Below, piece after piece: positions 8,213 to 16,192 of a stretch of 59,563 nt of DNA; within the stretch, counting starts at the first letter, position 1; each line of letters begins with the position of its first letter. The stretch spans positions 1-59,563 of the forward strand of contig JAZDGU010000050.1 in the NCBI GenBank assembly GCA_043806595.1, read 5' to 3'. The position numbers and the translations under genes were made by a program. Under the pieces are notes generated by a model. The model saw only the letters and a program-made list of their open reading frames with translations. It made no database searches and was not told the DNA's origin. This stretch comes from Candidatus Micrarchaeota archaeon (GTDB lineage: Archaea > Micrarchaeota > Micrarchaeia > Norongarragalinales > SBBD01).

Positions 8213-8749
8213 ATGCGCGCGCTCGTCGTATACTCGTCGCCAGAGGGTTGGGCCAAGAAGATATCTGAAAACGTTGCCCGCGGGTGCGCCAAGGCGGGCG
8301 TCGCCGCCGAGGTCCAGGACCTCGAGGAGCGCAAGGGCGTCGAGAACTACCCGCCGTTCCGCTCCCTTCACAGGAAGCAGAAGATCGAGGCGCCGCTGAG
8401 GCAGTACGGCATCGTCTTCATAGGCTTCGAGATCGGCGCATTCTCCGAGAGCCGCAAGATTTTCGACTTCATCGAGAGCAACGACTTTGCGGGCCGCAGG
8501 GTGGCGCTGTTCTGCAGCTACGAGGGCAAGAAGAGCGCCATGGAGCGCGCCGCGGAGATGCTTGCCGCACGGAACGCCGTCGTGGTCAACACCATCAGCC
8601 TGCGTTTGAGGGGAATGGTGCGCCAGCACATTGACGAAAACGACATCGTGCGCGCCGACGCGTTCGGGGAGAGGTGCTGCAACACCGCGCTGGACCGTAG
8701 GATCGTGAAGGAGAACAGGAAGGCCGGCATCGAGGGCTACAGGAAATAG
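8213..8749 (+). CDS. Flavodoxin-like protein
   Basis: Internal ATG of ORF 8192..8749. MRALVVYSSPEGWAKKISENVA... has the flavodoxin-type beta-alpha N-terminus. It is divergent from the FMN-related regulator rbkR. Confidence 0.55.
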   Translation: MRALVVYSSPEGWAKKISENVARGCAKAGVAAEVQDLEERKGVENYPPFRSLHRKQKIEAPLRQYGIVFIGFEIGAFSESRKIFDFIESNDFAGRRVALFCSYEGKKSAMERAAEMLAARNAVVVNTISLRLRGMVRQHIDENDIVRADAFGERCCNTALDRRIVKENRKAGIEGYRK

Positions 8750-8813
8750 GCCGGGCGCGGGGGCGGGCAAAAGGTTAAATACGGCGGCAGGGTAATGCAC
8801 GCGGTTGAGCGCA

Positions 8814-9566
8814 ATGGACCGGACTATAAGCGGCATTTACGGGATGGACGAGCTGATGGGAGGCGGCTTTCTCAAGCGCCGCTCGGTGCTGGTCTCGGGC
8901 GCATGCGGTACCGGCAAGACCATATTCAGCATGCAGTTCCTCTACCGCGGGATAGTCGAGGCCGAGGAACCGGGAGTGTTCGTCACGTTCGACGAGATGC
9001 CCGAGAAGATCAGGCAGGACATGCTCAACTTCAAGTGGAACCTCAAGGAGCTCGAGGACAACGACCTGCTGGCGATAATTGACGCCACTTCCGCGCGCGC
9101 AGGCATCCCGAGCGAGGAGGAGCACGCGATTCTGCCCGGCAATCTCGACCTGGACAAGCTGCTCATCGAAATTCTGGGGGTCGCCCGCAACATCGGCGCA
9201 AAAAGGCTCGTAATCGACAGCATCCCGGCGATGGCCGTGCAGCTGGAGACCGAGGTGGCGGTCCGAAAGGCCATCCTCAAGCTTGCCTACATCTTCTCGC
9301 GCTCGGGCCTCACGACGATCATGACGTCCGAAATCCCCGAGCAGACGCTCGGCAGCGGAACGTCCATGCAGTTCTCCAAGTACGACGTCGAGGAATACAT
9401 CGCCGACGGGGTTATTCTCCTGAACTTCCTCGGCATCGGCAGCGGCGCGACACGCACGCTCTACATCCGCAAGATGCGCGGCACGGCGCACTCCATGGAA
9501 ATCCACCCGATGGAGATAACCGAGAAGGGCATCGTCGTCAAGAAGATTGAGGAAGTCTTCAGGTAG
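8814..9566 (+). CDS. KaiC-like / RecA-superfamily ATPase (single domain)
   Basis: SGIYGMDELMGGGFLKRRSVLVSGACGTGKT (Walker A), LVIDSI (Walker B), ...YIRKMRGTAHS... ATG 8814 lies 33 nt downstream of TTAAATA (8775-8781). Confidence 0.8.
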   Translation: MDRTISGIYGMDELMGGGFLKRRSVLVSGACGTGKTIFSMQFLYRGIVEAEEPGVFVTFDEMPEKIRQDMLNFKWNLKELEDNDLLAIIDATSARAGIPSEEEHAILPGNLDLDKLLIEILGVARNIGAKRLVIDSIPAMAVQLETEVAVRKAILKLAYIFSRSGLTTIMTSEIPEQTLGSGTSMQFSKYDVEEYIADGVILLNFLGIGSGATRTLYIRKMRGTAHSMEIHPMEITEKGIVVKKIEEVFR

Positions 9567-9688
9567 GCGCGGCCGGCTTCGTCGATTGCCTAAACCGGGT
9601 TCGCTTTTTGGAAAGGTTTTAATATTCCGCCGGCGTAAGCACCAAAAACCCACGCGAACTCCTTTGCAAGGAAAGTGAGGCATTCACT

Positions 9689-10240
9689 ATGATGGAAGTG
9701 CGCTTTCATGGAAGGGCAGGCCAAGGCATAGTCACCGCGGCGGAGCTGCTCGCCGTCGCCGCTGGGTTCGAGGGCAAGCACTCGCAGGCATTCCCGTTCT
9801 TCGGGAGCGAGAAGCGGGGCCCGCCGGTGGCCGGCTTCTGCAGGATATCCGACCAGCCGATAGAAATCCACGAGCAGATATACCGGCCGGACATTGTCAT
9901 CGTCGCCGACGAGACCATCATGGACGCGGTCGACGTCGCGGCCGGGCTCAAACCGGAAGGCATCGTATTGATCAACACGTCCAAGAAGCCGGCGGAGATG
10001 GCGCTCAAGCTCGCGGCCGGCCAGAGGCTGTGGACGGTCGACGGCACGGACATTGCAATCAAGTACTTCAAGAAGCCCATAACGAACACGGTCATGCTCG
10101 GCGCGCTCTCCAAGGCGACGGGAATCATCGGCCTGGAGGCGCTCAAGAAGGCAATACTGCAGAGGTTCGGCGGCGAGGCGGCGAAGCACAACATCGACGC
10201 GGTGACCGAATGCTACAACGATTTGGTGGTCAGCCAATGA
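9689..10240 (+). CDS. porG: Pyruvate (2-oxoacid):ferredoxin oxidoreductase gamma subunit
   Basis: RFHGRAGQGIVTAAELLA... is characteristic of the gamma subunit. First gene of the G-D-A-B order. Confidence 0.9.
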   Translation: MMEVRFHGRAGQGIVTAAELLAVAAGFEGKHSQAFPFFGSEKRGPPVAGFCRISDQPIEIHEQIYRPDIVIVADETIMDAVDVAAGLKPEGIVLINTSKKPAEMALKLAAGQRLWTVDGTDIAIKYFKKPITNTVMLGALSKATGIIGLEALKKAILQRFGGEAAKHNIDAVTECYNDLVVSQ

Positions 10241-10485
10241 TCCTGCCAGTCGCACAGCCGGGTTCCGTCGAGGCGGTGAAGACCGGGGAATGGAGGGCGT
10301 TCAAGCCCATGCTCAACAAGAGCAAGTGCGTCAAGTGCGGCATATGCCAGAACTTCTGCCCCGAGGGCATCATGGGCGTTCCCGGAGAATTCCCCGACAT
10401 AGACTACGACTACTGCAAGGGCTGCTCGATGTGCGCGATAGAGTGCCCGTTCAAGGCGATTGACATGGCGCGCGACAGGAAGTGA
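10237..10485 (+). CDS. porD: Pyruvate:ferredoxin oxidoreductase delta subunit (2x[4Fe-4S])
   Basis: The ATG overlaps the porG stop (ATGA). Two ferredoxin-type Cys clusters are present: CVKCGICQNFCP and CKGCSMCAIECP. Confidence 0.9.
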   Translation: MILPVAQPGSVEAVKTGEWRAFKPMLNKSKCVKCGICQNFCPEGIMGVPGEFPDIDYDYCKGCSMCAIECPFKAIDMARDRK

Positions 10486-10492
10486 TATCGGA

Positions 10493-11638
10493 ATGGCATT
10501 GAAGACGATGGAGGGCTCGAGGGCGGTCGCTGAAGCCGTCAGGAACTGCGAGCCCGACGTCGTCGCATGCTACCCCATAACGCCGTCTACGCACGTCGCC
10601 GAGCAGCTGGCGAAATACTACGCCGACGGCGAGCTCAAGAGCTACATCGCGCCCGAGGCGGAGTTCTCGGTCATGTCGATACTCGTCGGCGCCTCGGCGA
10701 CGGGCGCGCGCACGTTCACCACCACCAGCGGCCAGGGGCTCCTGTACATGCACGAGGTGCTGTTCAACGCGAGCGGGAACCGCCTGCCCATCGTGGCGCT
10801 CGTGGCGAACCGCGCGGTGAGCGCGCCGCTGAGCATCTGGAACGACCAGCAGGACTCGATTTCGCAGAGGGACACCGGCTGGATCCAGATCTACTGCGAG
10901 AGCAACCAGGAGGCGGTCGACGCCATGCCGCAGGCGTACAAGGTGGCGGAGAAGCTCATGCTGCCGGCGATGGTCTGCATAGACGGCCACTACCTCACGC
11001 ACGCAGTCGAACAGCTCGAAATCCCGGACAAGGAAAAAATCCAGAAATACCTGCCGAAGTTCCGGCCAGCTGCGAAACTCGACCCCCAGAACCCGCTGAC
11101 CATGGGGGCGTACGCCAACCCGAGCTACTACCAGGAGTTCCGCGAGGACCTCATGAAGGACATCGACTCGGGCAAGGACGAGCTCGCCAAGGCCGGCGAG
11201 GAGTACGGCAGGATGTTCGGCCGGAGCTACGGGCTGACCGAATCCTACATGTGCGGGGACGCCGAGTTCGTAATCCTGTCCATGGGAAGCGTCGTGGGCA
11301 ACGTGAAGGCGGTCGTGGACGAACTGCGCGGCAAGGGAGAGAAGGCCGGCTGCCTGAAAATCCGCGTGTTCAGGCCGTTCCCGAAGGCGGAGGTCCGCAA
11401 GGCCCTCGCCGGAAAAGTCATCGGCGTGTTCGAGAAGGACATCAGCCCCGGCGGGCCCGCCCCGGTCTACGCGGAGGTGCTCGACGCAGTGCACAAGGCC
11501 AACTGCACGGTCAGCAGCTTCATCGGAGGCCTCGGCGGCCGCGACATCACGCGCGAGGACGTCAGGAAGATGTTCGAAACCATAAAGACGCGCGAGCCCA
11601 CGAGGCAGTGGGTGCACCGCAACAACTGGACACCGTGA
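10493..11638 (+). CDS. porA: Pyruvate:ferredoxin oxidoreductase alpha subunit
   Basis: Internal ATG (MALKTMEGSRAVAEAV...CYPITPSTH...) lies 8 nt after the porD stop. Confidence 0.9.
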   Translation: MALKTMEGSRAVAEAVRNCEPDVVACYPITPSTHVAEQLAKYYADGELKSYIAPEAEFSVMSILVGASATGARTFTTTSGQGLLYMHEVLFNASGNRLPIVALVANRAVSAPLSIWNDQQDSISQRDTGWIQIYCESNQEAVDAMPQAYKVAEKLMLPAMVCIDGHYLTHAVEQLEIPDKEKIQKYLPKFRPAAKLDPQNPLTMGAYANPSYYQEFREDLMKDIDSGKDELAKAGEEYGRMFGRSYGLTESYMCGDAEFVILSMGSVVGNVKAVVDELRGKGEKAGCLKIRVFRPFPKAEVRKALAGKVIGVFEKDISPGGPAPVYAEVLDAVHKANCTVSSFIGGLGGRDITREDVRKMFETIKTREPTRQWVHRNNWTP

Positions 11639-11643
11639 GAATT

Positions 11644-12534
11644 ATGACCAACAGCTCCAAGATGCACCTTTTCTCGCCCGGGCACGGCGGCTGCCCCGGC
11701 TGCGCGCCCTCCAACACGCTCATTACCGTAACCGACACCCTCGGCAAGGACATCATAATCGTCAACGCCACAGGATGCATGGAGATAACGAGCTCGCAAT
11801 ACCCCCAGTCGGCGTGGCGCGTGCCCTATTTCCACTCGTTGTTCCAGAACTCGGCCTCGGTCGCCACCGGCGTCTCGCGAGCGCTCAAGGCGCAGGGCAA
11901 CGACCACACGCGCGTCGTCGTCATCGCCGGGGACGGCGCGACGTACGATATCGGCTTCGGCGCGATTTCCGGCATGCTGGACCGGAGGGAGGACGTCATT
12001 TACGTCTGCTATGACAACGAGCTCTACGCGAACACGGGCGTCCAGAAGAGCAGCGCGACGCCGTACGGCGCCGCGACCACGACGACTCTCGAAGGCAAGG
12101 TCCACCACGGCAACGAGGACGAGAAGAAGCCCGTCGTGGAAGTCGCCGCGGCGCACGGCATCCCCTACGCCGCGAACGCCAGCATAGCATTCCTCGCCGA
12201 CCTCAAGCTCAAGCTCCGCAAGGCGCAGAAAATCCGCGGGCCCTCGTTCATCGTGGTCAACACGCCGTGCGCGCTCGGCGCGGGCTTCGACGGCGGAATC
12301 TCGATGCAGGTCGCGCGCCTGACCGTGCAGAGCAGGCTGTGGAACCTCTTCGAAATCGAGGGCGGAAAGTACAAGCTCAACTACAACCCCAAGCCCCCCA
12401 AGCCCGTGCAGGACGCGCTCTTCCTGCAGAAGCGGTTCAAGCACCTGCACCAGCAGCAGGGCATCGTCGCGCACATCCAGAAGCGCGCGGACGAGAACTT
12501 CGAGAGGCTCCTGAAGAAGTGCTCGCAGCCTTAA
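11644..12534 (+). CDS. porB: Pyruvate:ferredoxin oxidoreductase beta subunit (TPP-binding)
   Basis: Real start is MTNSSKMHLFSPGHGGCPGCAP...GDGATYDIGF (TPP motif). The 359 codons upstream in track ORF 10567..12534 are a shadow frame over porA. Confidence 0.9.
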   Translation: MTNSSKMHLFSPGHGGCPGCAPSNTLITVTDTLGKDIIIVNATGCMEITSSQYPQSAWRVPYFHSLFQNSASVATGVSRALKAQGNDHTRVVVIAGDGATYDIGFGAISGMLDRREDVIYVCYDNELYANTGVQKSSATPYGAATTTTLEGKVHHGNEDEKKPVVEVAAAHGIPYAANASIAFLADLKLKLRKAQKIRGPSFIVVNTPCALGAGFDGGISMQVARLTVQSRLWNLFEIEGGKYKLNYNPKPPKPVQDALFLQKRFKHLHQQQGIVAHIQKRADENFERLLKKCSQP

Positions 12535-12597
12535 ACGCAATCTTTTTCAAGCCAAACAGCGCTTCAACATGCGTAATTCGGATAGAAGGTGGTTTGC

Positions 12598-13107
12598 GTG
12601 ATACAAGTTGGCTCCCCGGCGCCGGACTTCGGGCTCGAGGGCACGGACGGCGCAGTGAAGCTGTCGCAGAACAAGGGCAAGTGGACGGTGTTCTTCTTCT
12701 ACCCGCTCGACTTCACGTTCGTGTGCCCGACTGAGGTGACCGAATTCAGCAAGCGCATCGATGAATTCAAAAAGCAGAACACGGTAGTGTGGGGCGCAAG
12801 CGTGGACTCGGTGCACTCGCACAAGGCGTGGGCCAAGAGCCTCGGCGGGCTTCAGTACCCCCTGCTCTCGGACTTCAACAAGGAGGTCGGCAGGCAGTAC
12901 GGCGTGCTGCTCGAGGACAAGGGCCACACCCTCCGAGCGACATTCATCATAGACCCCGAGGGAATCCTCAGGTTCATGCAGGTCAACGACAACAACGTCG
13001 GCAGGAACGTCGGCGAGATACTGCGCGTGCTCCAGGCGCTCAAGACCGGCGAGCTCTGCCAGGTCGAGTGGAAGCCGGGGGAGAAGACGCTGGGCAAGGC
13101 CAAGTGA
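12598..13107 (+). CDS. Peroxiredoxin (AhpC/2-Cys Prx type)
   Basis: FFFYPLDFTFVCPTE peroxidatic-Cys motif. GTG 12598 lies 5 nt after an AGGTGG SD-like element. The track start is GTG 12589. Confidence 0.9.
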   Translation: MIQVGSPAPDFGLEGTDGAVKLSQNKGKWTVFFFYPLDFTFVCPTEVTEFSKRIDEFKKQNTVVWGASVDSVHSHKAWAKSLGGLQYPLLSDFNKEVGRQYGVLLEDKGHTLRATFIIDPEGILRFMQVNDNNVGRNVGEILRVLQALKTGELCQVEWKPGEKTLGKAK

Positions 13108-13146
13108 GGCCTCCCTCCAGTTCCCCGCGTTCTTTGCTTCAGGAGG

Positions 13147-13881
13147 CTAGCCGTCGCAGACCGACATCAGGCGCTTAGTCGCGTTGACGATCGGGTTGTG
13201 GTCGCCTTGCTCCTCGCGGACGTCCACCAAGTTCCTGGCCATGAACAGGAACACCGCATACTTGTCCTTGCAGAGGAAAGCCGAGGTGTTGGACGTCGGG
13301 AAGTTGGAGGTGTAGCGCGAGTCCAGCGTGAGGTAGTAGGTGCGGTTACCGTTTTCGTGGTGCGTGCCGTAGAAGTCCCCGGGGTCCTGCGAGTAGTAGC
13401 GTGTCTGGATGCCGAACGAGCCGGTCTTGTACATGCGGATGCCGTTCAGCGTGAACGGCGCCTGGAACACGACTTCCCCGTAAAAGCCAGTAGGCGAGTT
13501 GTCCCTATCATAATCCGAGGGGGTCAGTATGAACTCCCCGTGGCCGCCGCCACTCCACTCGCTGAGGAACTCGGTTGCAACCGAATCGATTTTGGGCTGC
13601 AATTCATACAACTCCATGGAAGCGTTGAACTTGGGTGCGGCGGTTGGAGTGGTCGTGATGAAGGCCGGAGGAGTCGCTTCTTCCGTGGGCTCGGGGGTCA
13701 CATCGGCCGTCGGCTCCACCGTCGGAGCCTCTGTCGGCGCCACGGTCGGCTCCGGCGTGGGCGTCGCGGCCTGCGTAGGAGCGGCGGTGGGCTGCGGCAT
13801 CGCAGCGGGCGGCGCCTGCGTGCACCCGAAGGAAAGCAAGGCGAACAGCACGAGGGCTGCGGCAATCAAACGTACATCCAT
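13147..13881 (-). CDS. Hypothetical lipoprotein with Pro/Thr-rich linker
   Basis: Internal ATG 13881 gives MDVRLIAAALVLFALLSFGC (lipobox-like), then a (A/E)PT-rich linker and a globular domain. A TATA (CTTAAATA on minus) lies upstream. Confidence 0.5.
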   Translation of the reverse strand: MDVRLIAAALVLFALLSFGCTQAPPAAMPQPTAAPTQAATPTPEPTVAPTEAPTVEPTADVTPEPTEEATPPAFITTTPTAAPKFNASMELYELQPKIDSVATEFLSEWSGGGHGEFILTPSDYDRDNSPTGFYGEVVFQAPFTLNGIRMYKTGSFGIQTRYYSQDPGDFYGTHHENGNRTYYLTLDSRYTSNFPTSNTSAFLCKDKYAVFLFMARNLVDVREEQGDHNPIVNATKRLMSVCDG

Positions 13882-13938
13882 AGTTAATCCCCCCTCAAAT
13901 CTTTCGCGAAAAGGGTATTTAAGCAGTTCGGAGAGCAT

Positions 13939-14000
13939 GGGAGCGAGAGTTGAACTCGCCTCTGCTGCTCCCTGCCTCCGCCGTCCGGAGGTCTGCAGGC
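13939..14000 (-). repeat. Partial tRNA-Cys copy (anticodon loop, intron, T-arm and start of 3' acceptor)
   Basis: Matches 14999..15061 of the complete tRNA-Cys. The first 39 nt have 1 mismatch and the last 12 nt are identical, but the central 11-12 nt of the intron are completely different. It lacks the 5' acceptor and D-arm. Confidence 0.8.
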
Positions 14001-14003
14001 GGC

Positions 14004-14017
14004 GTGCCCCCTAAAAT
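14004..14017. repeat. Inverted-repeat arm GTGCCCCCTAAAAT at the left end of the Fic cassette
   Basis: Reverse complement of the AATTAGGGGGCAC pair at 14911-14945 (11 nt shared). A weaker second copy, GGACCCTAAAAC, is at 14024-14035. Confidence 0.6.
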
Positions 14018-14041
14018 CGCGGTGGACCCTAAAACTGCCGG

Positions 14042-14905
14042 CTATAGGAATTCCGTGCACTGGCCGGCGTAAACCGTGAAGAGGTATTCCACGAACGGCT
14101 TCTCTCTTTTCGAGTAATCCACTTTCCTGAGAACAAGGTAATAAAGCACTTTTTCCGCGTCAAAAATGTTCAGAAGGGGGTAGCCGTTCTTGAGCAGGAC
14201 GAAATTCATGAGCAACCTTGAAATCCTGCCGTTGCCGTCCCTGAACGGGTGCACCCTGACGAACTTCAGGTGGACGAGGGCGGCGAGCTCAAACGGGTGG
14301 AGGACCTTTTTGGCGGATTCATGCCATTTGAAAAAATCGGCCATCCTTCCCGGCACTTCCCCGTGAACCGGTGGAAAATAACTGCCGACACGGACGTTCA
14401 CATCCCGGTATCGCCCCGCATCCGGCATGACGCCCTTCAGCTCTATTTCATGAAGCCTCAGAACCAGTCTCTCGTCCAATTCGCCGCCATAGCCGAAGAG
14501 GAAGTCGATGCACGCCTTCATGTTGACTGCTTCGACGACGTCCCTCTTCCTTGCCTTCGGCGGAGTCCTCCCCTTGAGGACGGAATCGGTCTCGTCGTAG
14601 GTCAGCGTATTCCCCTCAATCGCGTTGGTATTGAAAATGAAGCTGACGAGGCGCTCGCGCTCCTCCCGCCAAAGCGACCGTCCAATCTCGAATTTCTTGG
14701 CGTAACCGGATTTTATGGCGTCGACAACCCGGACTTGCTGGCCACTGAGGAACGACCGCAGTCGCTTTCTTTCCCCCCCGCCAGCGCGCGGTTTCGTGCC
14801 GAGGTATTTCCTGACCTTCTTCCACTTGCCCCTGCCGGCCCGCTTTGATTCGGTCAGATAATAATAGTCATGCCCCGAGATGACCTTCTTCTCGATGTAC
14901 GCCAT
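14042..14905 (-). CDS. Fic/DOC family protein (AMPylase-type, with internal inhibitory-helix motif)
   Basis: Internal ATG 14905 (MAYIEKKVISGHDYYYL...). Fic motif HPFRDGNGRISR. An upstream TNAIEGN matches the (S/T)xxxE(G/N) autoinhibition motif. A spot-counted 60-nt line gives about 40% GC, well below the neighbours. The track ORF extension to 15139 runs through the tRNA-Cys gene. Confidence 0.85.
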   Translation of the reverse strand: MAYIEKKVISGHDYYYLTESKRAGRGKWKKVRKYLGTKPRAGGGERKRLRSFLSGQQVRVVDAIKSGYAKKFEIGRSLWREERERLVSFIFNTNAIEGNTLTYDETDSVLKGRTPPKARKRDVVEAVNMKACIDFLFGYGGELDERLVLRLHEIELKGVMPDAGRYRDVNVRVGSYFPPVHGEVPGRMADFFKWHESAKKVLHPFELAALVHLKFVRVHPFRDGNGRISRLLMNFVLLKNGYPLLNIFDAEKVLYYLVLRKVDYSKREKPFVEYLFTVYAGQCTEFL

Positions 14906-14910
14906 GGAAC

Positions 14911-14945
14911 AATTAGGGGGCACACAGTTAATAATTAGGGGGCAC
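14911..14945. repeat. Two direct copies of AATTAGGGGGCAC (14911-14923, 14933-14945) between the Fic start and tRNA-Cys
   Basis: Exact 13-mers 22 nt apart, inverted relative to 14004-14017. They overlap the likely Fic TATA (TAATTATTAA on minus). Confidence 0.6.
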
Positions 14946-14994
14946 GCAAAAATCCGGCCCGAATGCAAATCCTGCAAGCCGATGGACGACGGAG

Positions 14995-15089
14995 AGCGGG
15001 GAGCGAGAGTTGAACTCGCCTCTGCTGCTCTCTGCCTGCGCAGTTGCACAGGTCTGCAGGCAGCCGCATAGCCGATCTGCCATCCCCGC
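14995..15089 (-). tRNA. tRNA-Cys(GCA) with 24-nt intron at the canonical 37/38 position
   Basis: GCGGGGA-UG-GCAG-AUCGGCU-AUGC-G-GCUGC-CUGCAG[ACCUGUGCAACUGCGCAGGCAGAG]A-GCAGC-AGAG-GCGAG-UUCAACU-CUCGC-UCCCCGC-U. It has the U73 discriminator typical of tRNA-Cys. Confidence 0.8.
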
Positions 15090-15142
15090 AAGGAATGCGT
15101 GCGAAAAATGGTTTGGGCGGCGAAGAATTTAATATGCATGTG

Positions 15143-15976
15143 CTAGCGGCCGCGGCGTTTCTTCCGCCCCGCCAGCCTCGACGGCAGGCTTCGCAGGAGG
15201 TCGCCTAGCCCGATGAACTCCTCCTTCGAGTCCATCATGTCCCTCCGCCGGAACAGGAATACGTAAAGCACGCCTGCTACGACGCCGTAGAAGTGGACGA
15301 GCAGGTCCGTGGGAACCGCCTCCTCGCGGGCAGCGCCGGATTTCGTCTGCGCGATCTTCTTCTCCGTCTTCGCGAGGCTCTGGTTCAATGCGGAAATCTT
15401 CTGCTGCAGCGCGGCGCTGTTGTTGAACCGGCTCTCGTTCACGGCCTGCACGAGGGACGTCTGGAGGGATTGCCTCTCATTGCTGAGGATGGAATCGTAG
15501 TACGACGATGCGGCGGCGATGCCCGGCATGACGGCGAGCGGGACCACCAGAGGGAGGGCGAGAAGCAGCACGAGCGACTGCTTCGGCCGCAGAATCATGG
15601 CGGCACCCATCATGCCCGAAATGCCGGCGGAGGCGCCGATGAGGGTGATGAAGGGATTCGTCAAGGCGAAGGCAATCCCCGCCGCGGCGCCCGAGAACAG
15701 GAAAAGCAGGACGACGTGGCGCGAAGGAAGGACGGACTCCAATACGAGGGCGCAGAGCGCGAGGGGTCTGAGTTTGCCGGCAAGATGGTAGATGCCCACG
15801 TGGACGAAGACGTAGGAAAGGAGGGTCAAGGGGTTGCCAAGCGACGTGGAAAGCGTGTAGAGCTGGTCCGACGGTATGTATGGCGTCTCCCCGGAGAGCA
15901 GCAGATACACGGCGAGCAGCGCGGCGGCAAGCAGTACCGCGGCCCACGGGAAGCCGCGCAGGCGGAGCAATTCCAT
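15143..15976 (-). CDS. Rhomboid-family intramembrane serine protease (with coiled-coil insertion)
   Basis: Multi-TM protein with FVHVGIYHLAGK (H..H motif), GASAGISG (GxSxG catalytic Ser) and a C-terminal TM carrying LVHFYG (His). TATA is about 26 nt upstream. Confidence 0.8.
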   Translation of the reverse strand: MELLRLRGFPWAAVLLAAALLAVYLLLSGETPYIPSDQLYTLSTSLGNPLTLLSYVFVHVGIYHLAGKLRPLALCALVLESVLPSRHVVLLFLFSGAAAGIAFALTNPFITLIGASAGISGMMGAAMILRPKQSLVLLLALPLVVPLAVMPGIAAASSYYDSILSNERQSLQTSLVQAVNESRFNNSAALQQKISALNQSLAKTEKKIAQTKSGAAREEAVPTDLLVHFYGVVAGVLYVFLFRRRDMMDSKEEFIGLGDLLRSLPSRLAGRKKRRGR

Positions 15977-16192
15977 GGCATACGGTAGGGTAATAACGAA
16001 TTTAAACGCGTCGAGCGGTGCCGGATACGCGCGTACGGTTTATGCGGCGATTTATATTCGTCAGGCTACAGGCGTAGTGTCCGGCAGGTAGAGGGCAATA
16101 CGAATGGCCGGTTTTCCTGCGGAAGATTTTAATATGAAAGCATGCTTGCAGATGACAACGGGGGTCGCCGCCAGCGGTCGAAGGGTGAAAAC

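Larger units (their letters stand above)
13939..14994 (-). mobile_element. Putative integrated-element remnant (Fic cassette) in tRNA-Cys
   Basis: A low-GC single-gene segment bounded by the complete tRNA-Cys and a 62-nt partial copy, with inverted arms just inside. No integrase is present. Confidence 0.55.

Noticed and set aside
10451-11617. 388-aa minus-strand ORF opposite porA
   Set aside because: It lies antisense to a well-supported porA. The product is Arg/Ala/Gly/His-rich and low-complexity, as is typical of shadow ORFs in high-GC DNA.
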